43,926 nt of DNA from Intoshia linei (lineage: Eukaryota > Animalia > Orthonectida): the NCBI GenBank assembly GCA_001642005.1, contig LWCA01000176.1, positions 1 through 43,926 of the forward strand, written 5' to 3'. Both the position numbers and the translations under genes were made by a program. Shown one piece after another: positions 14,401 through 26,400 of this stretch. How positions within the stretch are numbered: the stretch's first letter is position 1; each line of letters starts with the position of its first letter. The notes below the pieces were generated by a model, which worked only from the letters and a program-made list of their open reading frames with translations, was not told where the DNA came from and did not search any database.

Positions 14401-17400
14401 GACCATGAAGGTGGCGTTTCTGAGGTGAGATGTACGACAACGTTAATGATTTTAAAAGGCGTCCAAGAATGTATGTTTTATTACATTTTTCGGCCGATTT
14501 TATTTTTAAACAAAAGGTCAAATTGGGTGTTTGACCCTGATGGACTGAAATTCGAAAAACCGAAAAAAAGATACCAACATCCCCGGTGCAAAACTTTACT
14601 AAAAATTAGTGTGTTTTAAATTCTACAACAGTTGTAGTTAATTACAAGTTACTGTTAATTTTTTAAAGAGAATATTCTTAAACATACCATTTTTACTAAA
14701 ATTCAAATATTTTGACTTAAATCTAACCATTTTTACTTAAATCCAATTATTTTTATTAAAATTCCAGTTTTACCAACCTTTAAGGGAAAAATCCACTTTT
14801 ATAAACCTCTAAGGAAAATTCCCAATTTTTTATTATAAAATTATAGTAAAAATAGTTAGATTTAAGTAGAAACCCAAGGATGTTATTGATTTGCCATTGA
14901 AAATACTTAGAAAAAGAGGAAGACCAATAAAATCATCTAATAAAGCAAATACAAAATATTTCAAAGACATAAAAATGCATAATGAATAAATTTTTATTTA
15001 TTTCGTTTTAAAAAGTTTTCTTTGTTTCATCATCAGTTTAAGTAATCATTAAAGCGTTTATAACTTGTTTATCACTAATCTTTCTATTTGAGAACTTCAT
15101 TTTGTTTTTTTTTGATATTGAGTTGTTATGGGATATTCCGCAATTCTGTAAAACTGGATTTTTCCCTTAAAGGTTGGTAAAACTAGAATTTTCCTTTAAA
15201 GATTGTTAAAACTGAATCTTCCTTTTAGTGTTGGTAAATTTTAATTTTTAGTAGACACCGTTTTTTAAATATAGCATAACGCACACACACAGACATTCAA
15301 GTTTATAAAAGTAAAGGATTTATCAGTTCCGCCGATAAATTTCTAATTTTATTAACAAAATACATACAATACATTGGATGAAAATGTTCAAAACTAAGTC
15401 ATCTCGTTGTGACTGAGATTAACTTAATAAAACTCGAATAACTGTTGATAACTCTGTCACTTCTTTGGCAGCTAAGATTTATTTTAAAAGTACAGTGAAT
15501 TCTTTATAACTCTATCAAACGCTGTGGAACACAATTGTCACAAATCACAATCGAATTTAATGAATATACTTAACGTTTTTAACAATATATATAATTTAAT
15601 TAAATATACGTGCATTTAATATTAATTTAATATATTATTTATATAATTTAATAAATGATCACCACCTGCATATTTATTGAAAAATGGCTCTTAAACGTGT
15701 ACCAGTAGAACAATTCTTTGGAAGACTTAAAAAATCCTTCAAGATATTATTTTTTTTATTTTTAAAACTCACTTAATTCAGCTTTTTTTCCATTGGGTGA
15801 CAATTTAAATTTTTCAACGATAGCCACAATTTTAGGTAAACTTTGTTCTGAATCTTATATATTTTCGAATAGTAAAATTTTTATCTTTTTGTTGGATTGT
15901 TAGACGTTTTTATCAAACAAAGATTTAGATCAAAATTCTTTCATTTTTCTGAGCCCTGAACAATTTTATGTACTATATTGTTTAGTTTTTTAGTGTAAAA
16001 ATTATAATTTATTCACTGGTGCGTATAAATAGAGTAACTAGATTATGCTATGTTTATTTTTTATTTTAGATATTATCTGGTGTTTACACATACGACAGAA
16101 TTCACTTTGACATTGATTTCGATATATGTGTACTATTAACAAATGAATTAATATCAAGAAACGCCTTAAATGAAATGGATCATACGTATGAAATCTTACT
16201 CATGTCTATCAGAAGAGATCGAGAACGAGAAAAAACGTTGAAGCGTAAACAATCTGCTGATCGTTACCGGGAAAGATCTTCTATGAGAAATGAATTGGAT
16301 AATTCATTATCCAGTCAATATAGTGACATTATGTATTAAATTTTATTGTGAACCATTATTATTGTATTGCATTCTTCGTATATTTTAAAAAAGTTTCACT
16401 GCATCTATAAAATCTGTGGTCATTTTATATATTTATATCACATAGTCTTCCTCTAAAAATGTACGGTTTACTGTCCTATTAAATACATTTTTGATCTAGT
16501 TTTGACACAATTTCGTTAAACTCTATTTTCAATTAGATCTGCTTTTTGATTTGTTGATTTTTTTCTTTTTAAATTATCAAATTATGGAGCTTTTTTTCTG
16601 TTGACCTCTCATACCCCCATAGATTATAAAATGTATATTTTAAAACAAATTTTATGTTGTGTATATTTTAAAAAAAAATTTTGTTTTGGTTTACAAAAAT
16701 GTATGATTAAAATGTTAATATCTATTGTCTGACTGTATAACATTTTGTTATTATGATAAAGATAATTTCCAAACAGTACATCTTAGTTGCCAAAAAAGTG
16801 ACAGAGTTATAAACAGTGAAAATTTGTAATTGTCAACTTAACTATGGTTTCAAAAGTTTCATCCATTAAATATTATTAGTACAATATTATTGTAATTTAT
16901 AAAAAATACTGACTGTACTTGAAGAATTTGCTACATTGCTAAATTGACCGAAAATAAAAACATTTCCTTTATATTTTGATTAAAAATTAAAAATTCCAAT
17001 TACGATGAATTAAAATGTATTACGTTTCGTATGTAGTTGGTTTGTTTCTTCAACCATGAGTATGCCAAAGAACTCCAACCATTTATAGAACCATCAAAGT
17101 AAATTATTCCCTATTTAATAATTATTAAAAATATTGTATTATAGATTATTACCAAGTTGCATTTTGGTGATAAATTATCCAAATTATCCGTTTCATACAC
17201 AATCCTTATTGAATTTGAAATATTTAAATATTCTCCATTTTTAAACATAATTTTCTAAATTACAATAAAAAAAAGTAAAATTATTAATTCAGATTGTTAA
17301 AAATTTAAATAGAATTACACAATTTTTTTCAAAAATATTATTTAAAAAATCTAGACTTTGATTTGTCATATCGCCATCAATAGAAAGCCATGAAATAATT

Positions 17401-20400
17401 TTATTCTGTAAAAATGAAATAATAAGTATTAATAAAATATAAATAAACCTTTTTAAGTTTACGAATAACGGTATTAACAAATCCATCGATATATTTTCCA
17501 TTTTTATTAATATACCCGTACATTTTATCTTCCGAATCCCATGACCGAGAATATACACTAATTAACCGATGATGGTTTCTATTTGTGTCGTTTTTATTAA
17601 GATTTGTTAATGCACTGGTAACCGCTTTTAAACATGTTGATTTTCCTGTTCCAGCTCTACCCAATAAAATAATACCTAGAAAAAGCATAAGTTCAGAAAT
17701 ACACTATGATATACCATGATATATATTGGACAATTCATTGATTTGATTGCATTTTTCTAACCAAGCGTCAGTACTTTGCAAGTTTTGATTACGGGTATAT
17801 TGCTTTAAAAACGATTCAAAAATAGAGACGTCACTTTTGTTCAAATCAACTACACTTTTTACAGATACATTGGATCGTTTGAACGTTGAAACTTCATTAA
17901 ATATCTCATCCACAATGGATAAATATAATTTCTTGTTCTAATATTTTTTATAATGTATATTATGAATAATTTAACCAATTCAGATAGCTTTGTCGTTATA
18001 ATGGAATTGAAAAACGTTTTTACAATAACCAATTCCTGTTTTATAGTGAAGTAACCAGTCTCAAGCATTGCTTCCGTGTTGCTAACAATTGAATAACGAG
18101 GATCAGTCGTTTTATACTTTTTAAGATTTTTACTTTTAGATTTCACAGAAATGATTTGATTTAATAATTCTTTAATTGAATATGCAACAAAATGAACCAT
18201 ATCTTTAGGAAAAATATTTTTGGGCCTAAAAAATATAAATTTAGAAATTCAAATGTATTACATCAGTTGTTGGCAAATATTAAACAAGTTAATCAGTTTT
18301 GAAGCGATAATTAGAGAATTTCTGAAACCGGCCTTACATATAATTAATCTAACTAACATAAATGGTTCATGTTTTAATAAAGATATCCTTCTATAACTTT
18401 CATTTTTCAGACCAACAACGTCCTTTTTTATAGATGATGGAGTCATAAAAAAAAACGCGACATTAGAATTCTAAAATTATATTTTATGCAAGTAAGCTTT
18501 AGAAATACCATAGTCAAATTATCGCTTTCTTTGTCAAAATTCATTACAGATACAATCGTCATTGGTACAGTACTAGAGTTTTTAGAGTCTGATATGCAGG
18601 AATTTGATTTTTGTAATTCCAAATTGAAATTAGTAATGTTATGTATAACGCAAGTTAATGTGTTGAACAATATTTTGCTATATTCTTGATCGTATTTGAC
18701 TATATTTTTAAATAATAGCCAATCACCTCGCTATTTAATTAAAAAAATAAAATAATCAAATAAAAAAATTAAAATAGATTAAAATACATTATAACAAAAA
18801 ATCAAAAAAATAAAAAAGAATTACTATTGTAGCACCATGAATTATGTCCTTGACAAATTTTATAGTCGGATTTATAACTAAATCGCAAATTACTAATGGT
18901 TGTCCAAAAATGTATGCCAGTGTCTAAAATTATCAAAATTTTTAAAATTAAAAACGTTTAACACTATGCGTATGATAACATTTGAAATTTGTTAGCATTT
19001 TTATATTTTCCAACTATATGAAGTACATAACACGCATAGTGATTTTAAATTATTTAAAATTTTTAAAATGTCTAATAAATGTTGAACCTTGATAGTTTCT
19101 TGTTTATATGCCATTTGTGAACCAGAAACTATTAGGGCTGGGCAATGAGAAATGGATTGGTAAATAGCAAATGTGCTGGACTCAAATTGTGACCCAAAGG
19201 CCATTCCTGTATCAAATCCATAAAATTCATAACCATAGTTGAATTTGCGGTCAATGCATTCTATATCTATTGTACCTAGAGCTAATTAAAATAAATAATA
19301 CTATAAAGTCGATTTAAATACCGTCATTATGGTAAATTCTAATATTTCGTTTCCATTCAAAATCACTTATATCTTTTATTTTTTTAATTGGTAAACTGTC
19401 CATCATATCGCGGTAATAATAGGAAATCTAAGTAATAAGTCATTATACTAAAAATAGACTTTTATTGAGATTTATTCATAGGTCGAACATTCATCGGAAA
19501 ATAGCAGGGTCTACATTTTACAGCGTATACCTGAAATGAATGTCAAAATTTTTATATATTCTAGCCTTTCTAAATATCAACTGGTCATCCTTTACATAAT
19601 CATTAGGATAAGTTTTGTCAATAACATAAATTCTTTTCAATGTACAACTGAATTTCAATGTTCATTGTAGAATACACGAATGTGAGTTTAAAAAATATTT
19701 TAGTCAATTTTAGACAATTTCTATTTGACGTAATTTAAAACCTCATATAACGTCGATTTTCAACCCCCACAAAAGGCTTTTGGTGCACGGTAAGTTCGGC
19801 TCATGGGAAAAATTTTCGATAAATAAATTTGTACAAATGTATCCATTGGAATTTATCTGTAATCCTATAAAAACTTTTATTTTGTCAAATGTTTAATACA
19901 GAAGTGATATTTCAAAATACGTTTTTATACATTCTCACAGAAAAACAAAAAAAACATGTGAATGTTAGTAAAAATAGCATAGTAGAAAACTTTAATTTAT
20001 TTATTCATAAGTTCAAAAAAAATATGTCTAATAATTATTAAATTAAATTATAATTTAATTTTATAAAATTACAGCAATCAAATTATTTAGCCGACGTAGC
20101 TCGTATATAGATGACAGTGTATTTTCATTTTTTGTTATTTCAGCCATATGTGATAGGGTATTAATCATTTTATTTATATAACCATTGAATTTTCGAGAGG
20201 CATATAATAAAGCTTTTCGTTCATTTTTTAATTCATTAATTCCATTTTCAGCTTCTTTTGTCCATAAATTAATTAATCCAAAAATACACACTTGGCATAT
20301 CCACTAATATAAATTAATCAATAATTTTAAATGTGTCTGAAATATATATGGGAATTTCAAGGGGGAAAACAAGGGGGAATTTTACTGTTTGAAGGGGGAA

Positions 20401-23400
20401 ATTGAAAATTTAGAAATTAATACATTAAAAAATAAATTAATGATTCGAGAGGGAAAGATGTATAAGCTGAAGAATCAATAACAAAATTTTAATCAAATAC
20501 GTGTAATTCATACCCTATACTCGAAGAAAAAACTATTAAATTTTCTGTTACTTTTCGCATCAACTTACCTATGTGAATGTGGATTTTCTATTTTATTAGA
20601 CAAGGGATGCACAACGTGCGGCCGTGTGCAATCAATCTGATCATAATGAAATATATCATTTAACTTTAAATTGAAAATTTTAAATCGGATTTTAACATAA
20701 TATAATAAATTCAAAGTCTATTTAAAATATTTTAATCAAAAAGTTACATTCTTGACTTTGCCTCAGTTTCTCAAATTTTAGCGAAGGACACACAAAATAA
20801 AGGCAGTCACTAATATCTTTTTTATGTCATTATTAATATTTACATATTAATTTTTATTTTTTTATGTCTTCCACTCTAATGTATCAAAAAATCGGTTTGT
20901 AATGGAACTTTCTTTTTTTTCTGTTGTCCAATTATTATTAATTATTTACCAAAAAATTAATAATTAATGTTTTTTTAAAAAAATATTAGTAACAGGAGAT
21001 TTTTCAAATTTTTTTAAAATCAGGTTTTTCTTAGGGAATCAGATATGTAGTTTTTATTCTAAAACTTTGGTAAAAATCGATTTTTCAAAAAAATATTGGT
21101 AAAAAGTGATTTTTTCCTTAAGGGTTGGTAAAATTTTGGTTTTTTCTCATAAGATTTTATTAAATTGGATGATTCAATAAAATATGCTGAAAATTTTAGA
21201 TTCGCCTATAATCATCTAAAAGTTTCGTATTCACTTCTTGGGTTGACCAGTCACCCCATGAGAAGCACTGCATTAATCCTACCATTGCTATTTATTCCGA
21301 TTCAGATAAATGAAAAATGTGGTGTTAATTTATATGAGTGAATTAAGGATTAAATTTAATTGATAATTATTAATTAAAACTTGCTGATATTAAAATTTAA
21401 TTTTATTTATTTTATTAGACTTAAAATGTATGTCCAGAGTAAACTTTCTCAATGTCAAAGTAAATTTTGTGTGCCGTAGTATCAATGAGAAAAGTAGCAT
21501 TTGTGCATTGTAGCACTGAATTAGTGGAAAGGTTGTGCACCCCTGTATTAGACATAAAAATCAAAAATGAAGCAAATTAAATGTTGAAAACGATTTAATT
21601 TGTGCTTTTTTTTATACTCAACTTCGTATTTTAGAATAAAAAAATAAATTTACTCAAAATTATCATTAATCGTTGTTGTAGAGCAGTGGTTCTAAACGGT
21701 CGGCGAATCGCGCCCTTGGGGCAATTTTTATATTTTGTGAAACAAAATACATGATTTAAATTTTTTTTGTTAAGATTAAAATATTATTTATAAATAAATT
21801 AATTAATTATGTTACAATAATTTTTTTCAATTTTTTAGCTAAAACAACATATTGATACAAAAATATTTCATTTTTTAAGAGAAATATTGGTTCTATGGGT
21901 AAATTCTTGAAAAAATTTGAGAAAGACTCAATATAGAAAAATATGTCATTTTTATATTGAATTATAATTCATTATTATATACCGCGGGCCAAAAGTGGAC
22001 TGCAGAATAATTTTGGTGGCCTCTTGAGTAAATATGTAAATTATTTATTTTTCAACTTATAAACACCGTTTTAACCGTATAATCATTTTAATAATGAATT
22101 TTAATAGTGAACCGTTTCTCTAAATAGTTAAAATTGAAATGTGTCATGTGTAAAGTTTCATAAACGGGACCCGTATAATTTATATAATTAATATAATTTC
22201 GTAGTGTACAAAAAAAATTGCCCACGAGATGTAAAAGGTTACTGAACCTGTTATAAGATTTAGAGAGAGTTTAAAAATATATACAGTGCAGGTAAAAAGT
22301 CTTAGATCCCCCCCCTCCCCAGAATGATACATTTTGTTAGATAGCACAAAAACTAATCATGTATATGTGAATTTTTGGTTTAGGAAGGCGATTGTAAAAA
22401 AGGCTGAGAACCACTGTTGCAGATACTATTCTAATTTTAATATGTTTTTAATACAATAGGAGTGCTTGAAAAAATATACTAGCTCAAGGGGGAATAATAA
22501 AAAATTAGTTCAGAACCATGCTCAAAAGAGTAGATATAATGCTCTCCGCTTGAAGCCTTAATGTGAAGAATTTTGTTTTATATAATGTAGTTAGAATCAA
22601 GTGAAAAATTATAGTTTTATATGCTAAATCTTATCTTAATAATCCATTTTATCTACCTTAATTTTTATTTTTATTTTTACCAGATACTTAATTAAAAAGC
22701 TGTGAAAAATCCACTGTTAGTGTCATTTAGATTAATTTTTTCCCTTTGATGGTTTGTCTCTAATTAATATTAATCTAAACATTTCAACTAAATGTATTCG
22801 ATTGAATCAGCCATATATTTATCAAAATTATAAATAAATATTTTTAATGAATTATTAATGTACAATAAATATAACTGACCTGTTTATGCCAAGTTTCAAT
22901 AGAAATTTCATTACTATTTGATTTAAAAATTTCATTCAATTGTTCTTGCATTGATTCTTTAATTTCCATTTCTATATTTTTGACAAAATATTCCACGTTT
23001 ACATCAAAGGTCACCTAAATATACAATAAAATAGTGGTTCATAATGCCTTGCAGCTGTCAACCGAATAACACTTCACTAGTAAAAAACATAAATTTTACA
23101 ATAATAAATATTGTATGTTTAATATCATTTTTTTGTATATTAAAATAATCAAATTATAATTACAACCTAAAAAATCGTCGTAAAAAACATGAATCCCAGA
23201 AAAATCAAATTTTAAATACCTATATTATATAGTTTTTTCCATCAAGCATATCGATGAAAGAGTGGTTCCCAAATGTTTCACCAAGGACCGATTGTCAAAA
23301 AGGGAACTTTTTTGGTATTTTTATTTATGATAATGCTTATGATTTTAAAAACTATCACAGAATTTATGTTTTATAACATTTTAGGACTTTTTTAATTTAA

Positions 23401-26400
23401 AAAAAAATTCATTTGGGGGTTTGAATATGAAGATGTAAGTTTCTGAAGCTGAGATTTACGCCAATAGTAATATATGGATAGATTCGTCTTTTAAATGCGT
23501 TCTACGTTCTGTAACGAAATTAGAAGCAGTAGAGAAATTTCTTTCATTTTGTGTTGACGTAGGTTGAACGGACATAAGGGCTTCCTTTAATTTTAACAAT
23601 CTTGATGATAGCGTTCTAGTTCGTAACGATTCATAATATTTTTCAAAATAATATTGCAAAAAAAGGATAGTTCCTTTAAGCGTTAGTAATTTGTGATTAA
23701 AATTCATATTCCAACTTTGAATAATAGGTTTTTAAAAAAAGTATTGGAAAAAAAATATTTTTCCATTAAGGGCTGGAAAATTAGATTTTTTATTTGTGGT
23801 TTGATGAAGTGGATTTTTTTCATAAGATTTCGTATAATCGGATTTTTGAAAAGAATATCGGTGTAAGTCAATTTTTCCATGATGGCTTGAAATGGTATTT
23901 TTGAGTAAATTTTATTACTGGTGGGATTTTTGAAATAGTAAATTTTAAATATTATAATATAATCATATTTTCATAGTAATAACAAACATGAATCAAATAC
24001 AAATATGTCTCAATTTTTTTCGGGAAATCTCAGGAAATCGTAAAAATCCCGGGGAATTTTGTCCCGGTTTTTTCTTCGGCACAATCACTACTTATTATAT
24101 GTATTTAGTAATATTTTTGATGAAGAAATACTCAGAATCACAATTAATAGGATTATCATCACAAAGAAATGTATACCTTGTTTAAGAACAGCAATTCTTC
24201 TTTGTCTAAGCTTATAATACTATCGAAACTAACAGTTTCAGTTTCGCTATTTACATGTCTCTAAAAGAATAGTTTGTTATAATCAAAGTATATTTTTATA
24301 TATAAAAATAATACCGTTATATTTGGACGGTTAGCCTAAATAAAATAGTTTAAAATTGAATACTTAAAATTTAAAACATGCCCTATACAATAAACTTTAA
24401 TGTTACGGGGCATAATTTAAATATAAAATTAAGCATAAATTAAAAGCAAACCTTGCGATAATTAAATAAAAGCTAAAAATATATTTTAGATAAAGCAAAA
24501 GAAGCATAATGATATATTAATGAATAAATAAACAAACCCCTAAATCGAATACAGTAGTTTTGTTTTCAATCGCCATTATTGAAGCTTTGTGTGTATTTTC
24601 CACAGTTTTAGTTGAAAATGTATCCAAATTTGGAAATATAATTCTTTAATAAACAGAATAAGATTAATAAATCACTTAATTTCACATACAAATGTAAAAA
24701 TTAACTAGTTATGAAAATTAAATTATAATGTAAAATTATAAAATTGGTTAGAATTTGGAATATTCATAAAATATGCAACGGAAAATTTCAAAGCTTAAAT
24801 ATTTCTTTCTTCTTATTTGAATTAAAATTTGATTCAGATTTGAACACTCATTTCAAAAATGGACTATTAATTTAAATTAAATTTTAAATACCTTAGATAA
24901 GTTATAATTTTTTCTAATTTTTTTTCTGCACTCAAAATAATTAATAAGGTTTTATTATTAACATAATAAAATCTAGGCTGTATCAGTCTTTTTGAGTTTA
25001 TATACTCTGATAAACTCACAGCACACAAATTTAATTTTTCTTTGATGTTGTTCAGCAATGTAGATTGTTTAATATCTCCATCAATGCAACACTAGAATAT
25101 TTTTAAAAAATACACCATCAATTTATAATTTATAATATTATTTTTTCAATTAAAATTACATGTAAAACATTATTGTTTTCCAATGCTTTCAACATGATCC
25201 ATCTCCATTTATTATCAGCAAATTCCAATATTTTGAAAAATGTTTCAAGTTTCTAAATATAAAAGGTATATAAATTTGTTATTATAATAATTTATTCAGA
25301 TATTGTAATATAACAATAACAGTAATATAAAAATTGGAAAATTTACGTTGGAATCATATTTCGTTATAGAAGAATTTAATTGAAGTGACCTAATAGGATC
25401 GAAACTCTTCCATAGAGTTTGAACCTCTAACCATAATTCTATTATGTATCCAACATCTTTCAACTTTTCAATCCACACGGATGCCTGGTTTGCCAATATT
25501 CCACCGTGTACAGGAGATATGATTGAGTACAATTGTGATTTAGATTCTTCAATTTGTTGTAATATAGATTCAGTGCATTCAATGTTCAATAAATGAATTT
25601 TGTTTGCATCTTTTTCTATTATAAATATCTAAACGGCTCATTATATTATATAATAAATATAAACTTGTTCAGTCCACAATTCTTCTGTAGAGTGTATGCA
25701 TAATTCAAATTCTAATTCTATTTTGGCTTTATGGCATATTTTTAAAATTCCGTTCTTATTTCTAAATTTTTTTTAACAAAAGTTATACATGTATCATTAA
25801 AACTATTTCTGGATAGTTTTTAAATTGGGACTGGATTTTTTTTAAAATATTAAAATATTTTTAATATTTTTATCATTTTTATAGTTAATCACCAATAATA
25901 AAGATATTTAATCTCAGTAATGATTTAAAAACAGTTTTAATGCAAATTAAATCATTTGGTAGTTATTAAGGTCTGTACCGGCGGGTATGAACCGGAATAT
26001 ATCAACCCGTATAGAACTGTAAAAGGCTAAGTCAAATTTTACATGCATTATAAATATTCTTAATTTTGAAATTACACTTCAAATTTATCAAAAACCGGAA
26101 GATGGCATCAGTAACCGAACGTATATCTGGTCCATGTAAAATTAATAAAATTATTACCGTAACGTTGGATATTATATTAATCTATAAAAATGGGAATTTA
26201 CTCTAAAATTGAAATATTTAGCAAATTTCCCAAGCAAAAGACATTTTCTTCCAACAAAAATGAAGAATTAGTTACATTCATGATTTCTAGCCATCGCTTA
26301 TTAACAATTTCCTAATATAAATTTGATTTATTGTAAGTGTTTATAAAACCTTTCTAGAGAGTCTCTCTAATATTGGCAAGATTTTTCTATACATGTCTAT

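Larger units (their letters stand above)
20350..22520 (+). mobile_element. Degraded hAT (Charlie/Buster-type) element hosting nested MITEs
   Basis: Frameshifted dimerisation-domain remnant LLLFASTYLCECGFSILLD|IK..KLNVENDLICA, split by the 20602 insertion. Outer ends approximate. Confidence 0.65.

Noticed and set aside
16070-16339. Possible nested host gene on the plus strand
   Set aside because: It is the continuation of the Harbinger-like transposase remnant, inside TIRs.
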